Both the position numbers and the translations under genes were made by a program. DNA of 64,000 nucleotides from contig NC_042999.1 of the NCBI RefSeq assembly GCF_006345805.1, positions 64,480,001 to 64,544,000 on the forward strand, given 5' to 3'. This stretch comes from Octopus sinensis (Eukaryota). Shown here one piece after another: positions 1 through 13,341 of this stretch (position 1 is its first letter; every line of letters starts with the position of its first letter). A model generated the notes under the pieces. It saw only the letters and a list, made by a program, of their open reading frames with translations. It had not been told where the DNA came from and searched no databases.

Positions 1-114
1 AAATAAGAAATAAGTGGAAAGTTTACCGGTGAGTGTGTTAAATTATAAGGCACAAGAAAGAAAATGACTCTCCCCAGACACAACAGCATATATATATATA
101 TATATTCATATGTA

Positions 115-159
<45 letters not shown>

Positions 160-550
160 AAACGTATACATGTATGCGTGATACATATGTGTAGATACAC
201 ACATATATAACTGATATGCACCTCTGACTATACTTATGAAAACTCGATCGATTCTCCAGCGGTCATCGATGACGAATTTTCAGCTGTTCGACTGAAGGAA
301 TTTCTCGTTAAATGAATATGCAAAGGACTGAGTATTCGCAGACTTCTGCAGGCACATCTTGTCTTCACTGCAGTTTCCAGTTGGAATCGCGAACCAGTTC
401 TATTTATCTTTTAAAAAAAAACTACCCCAATTAAATGTTCGAGTTTTTATTTGTTTTTGTCTATTCTTATTATTTGCTTTAGTTATTTGTCACTTTGAGT
501 TTCTTATTTTCCGACTGCCTAATCAAGCATACTTTCACAACTTAATTTAC

Positions 551-616
<66 letters not shown>

Positions 617-617
<1 letters not shown>

Positions 618-3008
618 GCAAACGTGGATCGTCTTTACCTTCCCAGAGCTCAGAGAGGTCGAGGTTTGATCCAGCTTGAACTTTTTCAAGCAGGTTAACA
701 TTCCTGCTTCCAAAAAGTGAAGAAACAAATGAACCAAAAAACTATAGACCCATAACCTGCTTAACAACTATGTACAAAACGCTAACATCTGTCCTGACGG
801 AATATACTTACAGTTTTTTAACAGACAGCAGCATATTCCCTAATGAACAGAAAGGATGTAAACGTGGATCCTACGGCTGTAAAGATCAACTACTCATCAA
901 TAAGATGATCTTAGAAGATTGTCACAAACGACACAAAAACTTATCAATAGCCTGGATAGACTATAAAAAGGCTTTTGATAGCCTACCACATAGCTGGATT
1001 AGGAAATGCCTGGAAATGTATAAGATAGCACCTACTCTGCGAAACTTTTTGACTGTAAGTATGAGATCATGGGGAACCACACTAACTCTGAACAGTGACA
1101 ATGAATCCCTAAATGCTGGTGATGTAAAAATTTCGTGTGGCATTTTCCAGGGTGACTCACTGTCACCACTCCTCTTTTGTTTAGCCTTAATACCTCTCTC
1201 AAAACTGCTCAATGACGCGCAGTACGGGTATAAAATGTTTGATAAAAATATAAATCATCTCATTTACATGGATGATTTAAAGCTTTTTGCAAAAAATGAC
1301 CAACAACTCAAAGGCTTACTAGCGATAGTCAAACAATTCAGTGACGACATCAGAATGCAATTCAGCCTCGATAAATGTGTAAAAGCTACCTTTATCAAAG
1401 GAAAAATGACAGAAACATCTAACGTTAACCTTGACCAGCAGAATGTCATAAAAGAACTAGACCCAGCGGAGAGCTACAAGTACCTAGGGGTAATTGAAGG
1501 GAACGGAATAAGGCATTCAGAGATGAAGGAAAGGATCAGGAGAGAATGCTATCGAAGAGTGAGAGCAATACTCAAGACAGAGCTGAATGCAAGAAACAGG
1601 ATTGAAGCGATCAATGCATTAGCCATACCAGTCGTGACTTACAGTTTCAATATCGTTAACTGGTCAATTACTGAAATATGTCAGCCCGACAGAAAAATAA
1701 GAAAACCGTTGACAATGCTTAGAATGCACCACCCTAAGGCAGATACAGAACGACTTTATCTGCCAAGAAAAGAGGGAGGCCGTGGTCTTTTGCAATTGGA
1801 AATAACAATGAAGATTGCTACAATTGGCCTAGACACCTACCTGAAAAAGTCTGAGGACTGGATGTTAAAACTTGTCTCAAAACATGAAAACAAGAAAGCA
1901 TCATACTCAGTAACAAAACAGGCAAAGGAATATCTAAGTGAATTCCGAATACATCAAATTTTGGAATTAGAGATAGACATACAAGAAACAAGCACAGAAA
2001 AAGCTAGGCGCATGAAAACCCGTGCCAAAACTGCGGCCTTAGATATTCTGAATAATAAATGGCAAGAAAAACCTCTCTATGGCAAAAACCAAAGAGAGCG
2101 AATAATGCAGATATTGACAAGCCCTGACCCATCAATGGCTAATGGCCTCTGGCTTAAAATCTGAAACAGAAGGGTTTATCATAGCAGCTCAAGATCAATG
2201 CCTACCAACAAGAAACTACCAGGCCAACATATTAAAGAACGGCAGTAGCCCAACATGTCGTGTATGCGACAACAAAATGAAACCGTTGATCATGTTGTCT
2301 CCAAATGCAGTCTTCTAGCGCCTACAGAGTACCTCAACAGGCATGATAGAGCTGCACCAATATATTCACTGGGTAATTTGCAAAAACCTGATTTGCCCCA
2401 TGAAAAAACTAGTGGGAACACAATCCACCTCCAGTGCTTGAAAATGACCACATCTCACTCCTCTGGAACTTCACCATTCAAACTGACAGAAAGATAGATG
2501 CAAATAGGCCAGACAATCATATTGAAAGACTTCAGACAAAGAACATGCCTCCTCATTGATATGACTGTCCCAATCGATATAAACGTTCTGTCAAGGCCTA
2601 CCAAACTGAGCAAATATAAATATCTTTAAAATAGAAATCAACAAATGTGGAACCTGAAGACTAAACAATACCTGTTGTCATAAGGTGCCCTGGAATGATA
2701 GCGAAATGGGCTGATTGCTACCTAACTCAGATACAGGAGCCCCAAAATGGCAGAAATTCAAAATAGTGCTCATGGGAACTGCTCATATCCTACCGCAAAA
2801 TACTCTCTATGTAATCCCAAGGTTTAAACAAACTTTTTTTAAAAAAAAATTTATGTATTAGACATTCACTAGTACAACACCAAAAATCCCCCAAATATAT
2901 GGCACACTAGGCATAACAACAACGTGAACTTCCAACCTGTTGTCCCTTGAGGTCTCTGGGTGAGACTTGGAGCCAACTTGTACGGACATAAAGCAAAAGT
3001 CAAACATA

Positions 3009-3050
<42 letters not shown>
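617..3050 (+). mobile_element. 5'-truncated Dong/R4-clade non-LTR retrotransposon (RT plus REL endonuclease)
   Basis: ORF 770-2164 has NYRPITCL (just upstream), IDYKKAFDS, GIFQGDSLSP, YMDDLKL and YKYLG. Frameshifted downstream pieces give CRVC...ETVDHVVSKC (CCHC), RHD and RPD-IILKD...IDMTVP (restriction-like endonuclease). (TAA)n tail at 3011-3050 and (TAA)n upstream. Confidence 0.92.
770..2164 (+). pseudogene. Reverse transcriptase ORF of the Dong/R4 element (truncated, frameshifted 3')
   Basis: 464-aa ORF with complete RT domains 2-7. Multiple frameshifts from about 2080 onward disrupt the zinc knuckle and endonuclease. Confidence 0.9.
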
Positions 3051-3051
<1 letters not shown>

Positions 3052-3838
3052 CTATTTTTCCACCAAAAAAGAAAACGAAAAATTCATTTTATTTAAGACA
3101 TTCTATTCAACGCTGTACCACTTGTTATAATTTGCCACCTTTAATTTAAAGAAGATAAAAATATCTAATCTTTGTGTAATGATAAATATTTCCATTTTAA
3201 TAAACTATTTCCAAGCGCTGTTGCACTTGTTAACATATAAATATATATAGACTGACTTATATAATATAATGTAATGTTATGTTATATAATTTAATATAGT
3301 ATAATTAAATATGCGCAGAATCGGTACACAATTAATTTATTCTTAATTTTCCAGATGTGTTTAGAGCCCAATATTATTGTTATTGAACAGAGAAAGAAAT
3401 TACGGAAGTGTTTTGAGGACGAGAGGCTTTTCCGGTTGTTAATCCCGTCGCTTAATTTGCAATAAGCGTACCAGATTAGTTGACCTGAAGTGACGTTAAT
3501 GTCATATCACGTCTTTAACATTGTGGTGTTTAAATTGATTAAGCAATACCTCAATCTAGAAAAAGTACGTGTGTGTGTGCGTATGTGTGTGTTCGAGTGT
3601 GTGTATGTGTATGTGTGCACTTATATACCTGCTGTGTATGTATGTATGTATGTATGTATGTATGTATGTGTATGTATGTATGTATGTAGTTATGTATGTA
3701 TGTATGTATGTATATATTCTCACGCATGTACATTTATTTAGTGCTCAAGAAAGTCCTCTGTGTTATTTTCTGCCAGCCGTTGTGTTGGTATTGGGACTGA
3801 TAAACCGAAATACATGGGTGCTTGCTTAAAGAATTCCC

Positions 3839-3946
<108 letters not shown>

Positions 3947-4023
3947 GTATGAGTGGTGTATATAAATGTATGTATGTATGCATCCGTGTGTGTGTGTATA
4001 TATATATGTATGTCTATATATAT

Positions 4024-4249
4024 CTCTTTTACTCTTTTACTTGTTTCAGTCATTTGATTGCGGTCATGCTGGAGCATCGGCTTTAAAGCAATCGACCTCA
4101 GGACATATTCTTTGTAAGCCTAGTACTTATTCTCTTTTGCCGAAGCGTGAAGTTACGGGGACATAAACACACCAGCATCGGTTGTCAAGCGATGTTGGGG
4201 GGACAGACACAGACACACAAATACGCACACACACACACACACATACACA

Positions 4250-4317
<68 letters not shown>

Positions 4318-4478
4318 ATATTTATACTTAGATACGACGGGTTTCTTTCAGTTTCCGTCTACCAAACCACTCACAAGGCTTTGGTCGGCCCGAGGCTATA
4401 GTAGAAGACACTTGCCCAAAGTGCCACGCAGTGGGACTGAACCCGGAACCATGTAGTTGGTAAGCAACTCCTGCGCCT
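4024..4478 (-). mobile_element. SINE-A (tRNA head + CORE-like + internal microsatellite + 3' module)
   Basis: aggcgcaggag...ggttcagtcccactgcgtggcactttgggcaagtgtcttctactatagcc...(TA/CA)n...gctccagcatgaccgcaatcaaatgactgaaacaagtaaaagag. Confidence 0.85.
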
Positions 4479-4721
4479 ATATATATATAGGGCCAATCAA
4501 ACAAGTCCATTTCTTTTTAAAGGTGTAGCGTTTGTAAGAGTATAGATTGAATTGATATATCAGTTCCATTCTAGCAAAAACTGTCTGATGAACGGGAACG
4601 AGAAACTCAGAGTAACACATTTTGTTGAATTTTCTGCTGCTTAAAATAAAGCATATTACTCTACCACTGGTATTTGAGTACTCTTTTTTCCACCTTGTTC
4701 ACATTTATGTGTTTACTCCGG

Positions 4722-4806
<85 letters not shown>

Positions 4807-4904
4807 TATATAATATGCGATAATGAAGCTGCAAAATGTGTTGATTAATTTGGTGCCACTTTGATTGACTGCATTGCTTTTTGCTGAGATATCCACCTCC
4901 AATT

Positions 4905-4975
<71 letters not shown>

Positions 4976-6514
4976 CATTTGAAAACAGTCCATGGCTCCC
5001 AGGAAGACTTTACAGGATACAAAATTCATGCGAACAGATTTCAAAGATTTTATTTTGATTAAAAAGACTGTTCACCAGTTTGTTTTAGCCATCAAGACTA
5101 AGTCCAACACAGCTTTCGAACAGTACAAAAACGATACAAAATTATGTTCAGATGACATTATTTATTTTGGAACATTTTTTAGTTATTACATTACAAGAAA
5201 AAGATAAAATAAAAAATATAATAAAAATATGAAAGAACCCCGCCTCTTATTCAAATTATAAAAAGTTACAGCTGCTTTTTCACCATAAATAACAGCGTAT
5301 ATCTCAAGTCTTAGGTGCGAGAATATGTCGCTCTACAGTAACCGTTAGTTACATTAGAAACGTGCTAACGAGGGAGTTTCTATATAGTTACTGGATATGC
5401 CAGAAATAGTACATCAAATCTCTTCCTTAAATCAATCAGTACACCTTAAGAAAGTGAAGGGCACATTGGATAGTGTAGTCTTGCATATACTGTATCTGAA
5501 AAACGGTGGGATGTTTACAACTTGAAAGTAAGTCTTTGATTATATGCGTTGTTATGCTGCGTTAGGGTTGGTTGATGTAGGGTTAAAAAAAAAATATCAA
5601 TCGTTTAAATCTGGTACGGACAACCTTTTTCGAGAAGCGGGCCACATTAAACATGGCTCATCATTAGGCGGGTTGCACTACTAAAAAAACTCAAGGTAAT
5701 TTTTCTTTGACGTGCTGTTCAGAAAGTCTCATGGGCCGCACTTTGCCCCTCACTGGTTTAGATAAAGCACCGGGTCTCTAATAACTTGTTCAAAGTTTAC
5801 TCATTATTATTATCAAAATAAGGTATTATTTTTTAAATCTCAAATTTGATAGGAAGTTTTACATTCGTAGACTGAACACACTGTTCAGTCACTGTACTAC
5901 AGCCATATGTTATGTGCAATAAGATGAGGATGTTATATTTAATAGTTACTTTAGAAATAAAAAAAAATGGACGCTAAATGGTCGTCGTTCGAGGACATTT
6001 GAGTAGAAATAATATTTCATGTAGATTACTATTTTGCTATCTGCTGTTCGACGTAGTCGAAACTGAATTTTTGGCTTTGTTTGGACCACATTCGGATTAG
6101 ATAGACCATGGACATTTCTTTCCAAACCAGTTTTAGCTGTAGCTTACTTTAATTTCTGCGAATTATAGAGAAACCAACATTCTCAAGCAAATAATTTCAT
6201 TAAAATGTAGTTTATCTAATATCTTTTAGACACCACAAAAGAATCTTAACTTAGAGTAGCAAGAGAAAGAGACTAACTTGGCCAAAATATATTATTAATC
6301 TCTACTATGATATAAAGTACTCTATTATCGACAGCGGACACTAAATGGGTATAATATATATAATATATATATATATATATAGTGTTTTACTCTTTACTTT
6401 ATTAACTTTTAATACTTTTGATATATAATTTAATAATATAAATTAAATTAATTTTATGTATTGGCTTATGTTTTTTCATTGTTTGTGATTTGCTAATAGT
6501 GGTTTTATCTCTAA

Positions 6515-6593
<79 letters not shown>

Positions 6594-6661
6594 TGTTGTG
6601 TGTGGTGTGTATGTGTGCGTGTGTTGGTGAGTGGGAGGTTGGTGGGGTGCTTAGTCTGTGT

Positions 6662-6692
<31 letters not shown>

Positions 6693-7166
6693 ATATATAT
6701 ATATGTTTCTCTCCGTTTTTCTCTCTCCTTGTTTCTTTCTGTGTTCCTTTCTGTGGAAGAGCGTAGGCTCGAAACGTAAATGACTTTTTCAATTCCTGAG
6801 CATTATACTAATACAGCTGTTTGTTTTCTACACCACCTGTCTTCGTCTTTTGTTTTTTTTTCGTGAATTTTCCCTATATATATATATATACATAAAACAT
6901 ATAATACATACTCATGTGCGCATGCGTGTACACACACACGTGCGCGCACACACTCCTCTTTTACTTGTTTCATTTATTTGACTGCGGCTATGCTGGAGCA
7001 CCGGTTGACAGTCGGAAAGTGAATACTTCACAACATAGTAGAGATTAGTAATATAACATTTCGATCGAGTCAGTTTCTTGCTATTCTGAGTTACAACTCT
7101 GTCATAACTTGCTTGAAGACCCCATGAACCCACAAGTGAAACTCAGAGTAGTAAGCCAGAAATAAA

Positions 7167-7198
<32 letters not shown>

Positions 7199-7460
7199 AC
7201 ACACTCACACACACACCTACACACACACACACAAATATATATATATACATATATATTTATATATATATATATAAAATATATATGTGTGTGGCGATATCGT
7301 TTTTTAACTTTTAACTTTACTGATATATGTGGCTTGTGCTTTATCAACTTAAAGATTTATATATATATATATATTATATATATATATATATATTAATATA
7401 TATATATATATATAATATATGTATATATATATAAAGGCAATGCTAGTTATATGTGCGATA

Positions 7461-8017
7461 TTAACGCAGAATGCTCTGATCATTGCTACGCGTCCTATTT
7501 ATTACTGGTCCTTTTTCTCCAAGTTCTCCTTCACAATTTGGAATGTTCATAAGGGCACCTGACGCCATTATATAAGGACCTCCTCCAAGTACATTCGGTA
7601 CATTCGGATCAAATGCCACTGGCAAGCCATTGAGGAAAGAACTAGCGTAGGAATGAGCAAAGATCGGGTAAGGCTGAGGCACTATCTGTTTAAAAGTAGT
7701 GTTAGGATGTTGCGTTTGGAGGCAGTTACTGGGATATGGAACATTAGGAAACATCATATGATGATGGTGATGGTAATGGTGAGAAGCTAGAGGCGTGTCG
7801 CTGAGAGTGGTGCTTGTCCCCCTTCCGTTTGTATCTGAACTGGTGCTGCATATAGGACGAGTGGGAATGCTTAAGTGAACAGCTGCTTGTTTTTGGAGTG
7901 TATTGACACCGTTAGCAAGAGATGATTCGCTGTAGAAATTCCATTGATCTAAAGAAGGCACTGCGGGTAACATCTGAGAATCCTGGACAATTGGGTTGTT
8001 GACATTGGAAAACGACA
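7461..8017 (-). CDS. repo: Repo-like homeobox gene, terminal exon 5 (Pro/Ser/His-rich C-terminus)
   Basis: Acceptor ctcctctctttcgtttcag|TG. The phase matches exon 4 (G+TG=Val), followed by 184 sense codons and TAA at 7461-7463. This is the non-repetitive ORF 7461..8045 of the track and includes SHHYHHHHH. Confidence 0.8.
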
Positions 8018-8293
8018 CTGAAACGAAAGAGAGGAGATGTTTCACTGATCAAATAATGTAGAAGACGAATATTAAAACAAAGTTAAAAAGTATGAGAAAA
8101 TGATGGTTGATTATGATCCTCTATGAGATAACTTGGCTGGCTAGAAACAATAACCAGTATCAATTTAAAGGGACAAGGATCCAATGAATTCTATTTTAAT
8201 GGAACAGTCTGAAACAATTTCATTTTTATATCGACGAACCGCTGACATCAAAGCTTTGGTTTTTTGTAAGTATGATTATGTACATGCATATTT

Positions 8294-8370
<77 letters not shown>

Positions 8371-8745
8371 ATAGTTTAATCCAAGCAGAAAACACAAAAA
8401 ACAAAAAAAAAAACAACAGCAACGCGAGGACGTGGAACAAATAAAGTATTATTGGACGCTCAGGAAAGAAGGGAAGAAGGAGGGTGCCCCCTCGTTATCG
8501 AGTATGGCCATTGCACGAAGCTTAACTGTTACTGGTGCTGTGATCGAATGTGAATTTTTAGCCCAGCTAAAGATCAACAATGTCTTGTACAGAATTGGCA
8601 ACTAAAACCTTTACCGGTAATAGCTGGCTGTAGTTGTAACTGGGCTTCATGTACCTTTGCATGTCGTTTAAGTCCTCCTGCCGAATTACACTCTCTTCCA
8701 CATGCCCAACAGATATATATATATATATACACCTACATACATACA

Positions 8746-8776
<31 letters not shown>

Positions 8777-10176
8777 CGCATATATATAATAATAATATGA
8801 GGGAATATTATTCCAAACTTACAGGGAAAAATTCAATTTAGAAATACTAAATCAAATTTCACAAAATATAATATATATATATATAATCACACCACATTAT
8901 TTTATGGTTAATACCATAAAGATTTCTGGTGCATCTAAGTTAAGTACCGCATTCATGTGAATTCATTGTAACTCACTTGAATCTTAATTGTTTTTACTGA
9001 AATCATATATATATATATAAATTTGAAAAAACATCACCTTTTATCAATCCAATAATGAAAAAATTAAATTATACCATTTAGAAAAATTACGTCTTATAGA
9101 AAGATTAAATATAAGATAAAACATATAACAATGATTAAATAATGTGCAAAATAATAAATAAAACTTATATATTTGGTAATGTAGCTAGTTCTATAATCTC
9201 TGGAAGAGATGTAAGTAGTAACTCTACTGAAAAGTACTGTTTGTTGCCACTTCGAAATGGTTGTTCCGTATGGAACAACGTTACTACTCTTTTTTAACCC
9301 CAGCAGAACACCCCCTCCAGCGGGTTAACGACACAATATCTGTGTCTGATACATTGCATCTCCCATCTAGCGGCAACAAGGTCTGTAGTTCAGCTGGTTT
9401 CAGGATCTCATGCTTCTTCAGTACTGGTACACCTGCCCGCTGGAAATGGCAGTCGTTCGTCCCAGTTCGCAATATATAAATGAATAAGCGACACACAGAC
9501 CCTGATCTTGCAACAAACAAAGTTGTTTGTTCTACAATCTGCATAATATATATATATATATACATGTGTATATTTAAAGGGCTAAAAAACCACTAAGTGG
9601 TCAGCCGTATGCTAGAATTAGATCACCTACGATCAAACTACAAAGAAAAGAATGTTCTCTAGAGAAAAAATCACCGGACACTAGAACAATATGCGGGCAA
9701 GACAGATGAAAATTATATAAAAAACAAGAATTACTCGCAGACCGGCGGTTTCGCCTATTAACGAATGAATCACTTACGTAATCCCTCGTCCGTAGGCTCG
9801 TCAGTACGATCGTTCCAAAGGTAATATAATTTGTAAAACTAACCACCAGTTTTCCGTATAAAAACAGACACGTGCTTAGTTTCACCGATTACATTGGGGT
9901 TAATTTCAAATGTCTGAGTTCTGGCGCGCTAAAATTCCGGAAACAAAATCTGCAGTAAATAATTTACTGCAGTTAATGCTGCCTATTAGAGAACATATTT
10001 ATTTTAACATTTAAATAATGAGGGAGATAAATTGAATATTAATTTAATTAATATCAATTTAAAACCAGTAGCCTAGCATACAAAAATCTGAAAAATCAGA
10101 GAAAATTCTAATACATGTGTATATTAAAGTGCTAAGAAACCACTAAGTGGTCAGCCGTAATATAATATATATATAT

Positions 10177-10234
<58 letters not shown>

Positions 10235-10378
10235 AATTAGAGAAGAACCACCATGTAGCAATTCAACAATGATAAACTTAGATCATACCATATAGAAAAA
10301 AATTAAAGATATGATAAAATATTAACCTAGAACTAAATAAAGTACGAAATAATAAATAAATGGTATATAATATTCCCT

Positions 10379-10483
<105 letters not shown>

Positions 10484-10492
10484 GTATGTATG

Positions 10493-10524
<32 letters not shown>

Positions 10525-11226
10525 TATGTATGCATATATATTTATGTATATATGTATGTATGTATATATATATATGTATATATGTATGTATATATGTGTG
10601 TATGTACGTGCGTGTATGTTTGTGTGTTTATGCTTTCATACTGCGCATACATTCCTATGACTATGTAATTGTGTTGGGTGCGCGGGCTGTGGAGTGAGGT
10701 GGGGAAACGACAGGGACGGTTGTCTGCACCGTAACGCGTGCGTACTGTGAGCACGCGACAAACACGTGTGTCCATGTGTCAGGAAACAAAAGCAACAAAA
10801 AAGGTAAAAAAAAAAGTAAAAAGAGAAACCCCGTAAGAGTGCTTTGTACTACTTACATTCACCAAAAACTGCCATTAAAAAACGTACAGCAACCACCAGC
10901 CAGCCAGCCAACCAACTAAACCCCTACGTGAGTGTTGTACAAATATGGCCCTTACGATTTGACACCTCGATTGATTCCTCTTTCTATCGTCCCACCTATT
11001 TAAGAACACTTAAATCTTTACTTTGTCCTCTTGTAAATTTATTTATCATGTCTTTATCATGTTTCCTCTTAGTTACCTGGCAACGCACACATTCTTGGTA
11101 TATTCTTTCCCGTTTGAGCCACCGAGAAAAGCATCACTCTATGCAGTCTACCCATCTGCTAGAAATAACAGTCAAGACTTCTTCAGATCACACAATACCG
11201 TCTTTAAAAAAAAATTATAAGATGTA

Positions 11227-11440
11227 CGAGGTGCTGACAAGTTCCTGCCTTTGAGTAAAAGAAAATATAGGAGTATTAGTTAATTATGATTTTATTCAAT
11301 AAATTCCCCTCTCAGATTCACACACTTATTGCAGAAGTCCTTCAATTTTTTCTAAGCCCTGTGAAAGAAATCGGAAGTTTGGGTCTCCAACCAGGCATTT
11401 CGCGACACCTTTAAAACCAAGAACTTCTCAGCACCCCTCT
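11227..11440 (+). mobile_element. Mariner-type MITE copy 1
   Basis: TA|cgaggtgctgacaagttcc ... gaacttctcagcacccctct|TA. About 215 bp, homologous to 11623-11843. Confidence 0.75.
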
Positions 11441-11456
11441 TATGTATGTATATATC

Positions 11457-11518
<62 letters not shown>

Positions 11519-11566
11519 CTATCTATCTATCTACATACATAACATACATCATATAATATATATATA

Positions 11567-11611
<45 letters not shown>

Positions 11612-11622
11612 ATATATATATA

Positions 11623-11843
11623 CACGAGGGAGTGCTGAAAAGTTCCTGGCTTGGAGTAAAAGAAAAAATACAAGAGGATCAGTTGTTTATTACGATTTCA
11701 TTCAACATATTCCTCTCTCAGATTCACACACTTATTGCAACGGTTCAGTTTTCCTAACCCTTGTAAAAGAACTCGGACGTTTGGGCCTCCGACCAGGCCT
11801 TTCGCAATACCCTTAAAGCCAGGATCTTTTCAGCACCTTCTTG
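11623..11843 (+). mobile_element. Mariner-type MITE copy 2
   Basis: cgagggagtgctgaaaagttcctggctt ... aggatcttttcagcaccttcttg|TA. Same internal sequence as copy 1. Confidence 0.75.
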
Positions 11844-12789
11844 TATATAAAATTATGTAATGCAAGATGGCAGCGATGGCGAGTGATTTAACTCCTGCTA
11901 GCGATGTAAACAAGCGTGCTTATATGCATCAAAGACTCATATGGGAGGTTCTCTCATGATAACTGTCGCAGTATTCTGTGTTCTAACACAACATCCACTT
12001 TTAAGTAGGAATAAATATTACCATAAGACTGAATGCTCGTAGCTGGAGCACCTTTGATTATAGACCTGCTCAGGCAGGATTTTACCTGAGTGTAAACAAA
12101 AATAAATAAATAAATGTATAACTAAATAAATAACATGAAAGACAATACCCTCCAACGTATTTAAGAAATTTAATCTTTTACTACCGAGTCTTGTAAATTT
12201 TTGCCTTTCTCTTCTTTTTGCTTAAGTACCTGTCAATGCACACATTCTTCCTTTGACTGTAAGGTTTGACAGTTTGCCAGCTGACAATTCTACATTCTTG
12301 CTAGTTTATGCTAACTTTGTTTGCCTTCATTATGTACTCCTTAATTAGGCTTAGAATATCTATGTCTAAAATAAGTTGTTCTCGAAAGTGTTTTAAAATT
12401 GCTTAAAAAGTACTTAATTATTTGACGTCGTAGGAATTTAAAAACTTCTAGAGAACGTGAACGTTTGTTTTTTCTGGAGCAGTGGAACTCGAAGCAGATA
12501 AAGCTATAAATAATAGTGTGTAAATACTGGGTTTAAAAACCCTTTGAATTTCGACTTTTTCCGTCTAAAGCGGTTTTTTAAACCCAGTAATTATATGCTA
12601 TTATTTATAACTTTATTTATTTCGTGTCCCACCTTTCCAAAAAAGGATTAATTAAATAGTGTTTAAGCACTCTTTCGTAGCCCTGTTTCTAATGAAATAC
12701 TCTGCCTATTTGTTCCAAATGTTTGTAAAATATCAATAGTTTGGGAAAAAAATTAGTAAAACGAGTTTTCATTACTAACTTGCTGAAGT

Positions 12790-13125
12790 GCGGCAAACTG
12801 GGAGAGTCGTTAGAGCGTTGGAAAAATATCTTGCAGTATTTGTTTCGATATATTACGTTCCGAGTTTAACTTTGTCTTTTACCATTCCGGGGTATTCCTT
12901 TCCAGTCGATATGTCTGAGTTAGTCCAAGGATTGAAACCACCATCAATTTTGAAGTCTGGTAAAGTCGATTACATTGACCTCTGAGCTCAACTGGTACTT
13001 GTTTTAACGACCCTGAAAGAATCAAAAGCAAAGTTGACCTCGGCGACATTCGAACGTAAAGTGCCAGAAGAAATGCCGCTAAGCATTTTGCCCAGTGTGG
13101 TAACGATTCTGCCAGCTCACCGCCT
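12790..13125. mobile_element. Diverged SINE-B pair in opposite orientations
   Basis: Plus-strand degenerate copy from about 12790 and minus copy at about 12945-13125 (aagttgacctcggcgacattcgaac...cattttgccc). Confidence 0.6.
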
Positions 13126-13268
13126 CAGTTAAACTAAATTAAGATTGACTCATTTCTCATAAAGTTACTATATTTTATGGATGGGGAGGTATTTGGAAGG
13201 TATGACTTTCATGCATTTCTCCAGACCATTAGTGGTGTATATTAAAAATTCAATACGATTTGTCTTAC

Positions 13269-13341
13269 CTGATGGATATAAAATTGTTTTCCGTGGCGTT
13301 TCTTTTTTCCGCCATTTTGCCCGGCGATTTTGAAACCACAC
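13269..13341 (-). CDS. repo: Repo-like homeobox gene, exon 4 (helix 3 and post-homeodomain PRK motif)
   Basis: ttttatttatcataag|GTG TGG TTT CAA AAT CGC CGG GCA AAA TGG ... TCA G|gtaaga. The 73 nt encode VWFQNRRAKWRKKETPRKTILYPS. Q50 is present, the phase 0 start matches exon 3, and the exon ends in phase 1. Confidence 0.95.

Noticed and set aside
6900-7440. Poly(A) site for repo
   Set aside because: The candidate AATAAA hexamers fall in SINE tails or AT-rich repeats and cannot be distinguished from background.
7464-7500. OAR domain at the C-terminus (…NDQSILR*)
   Set aside because: Only SIxR resembles the motif, and the LRLKAKEH core is absent.
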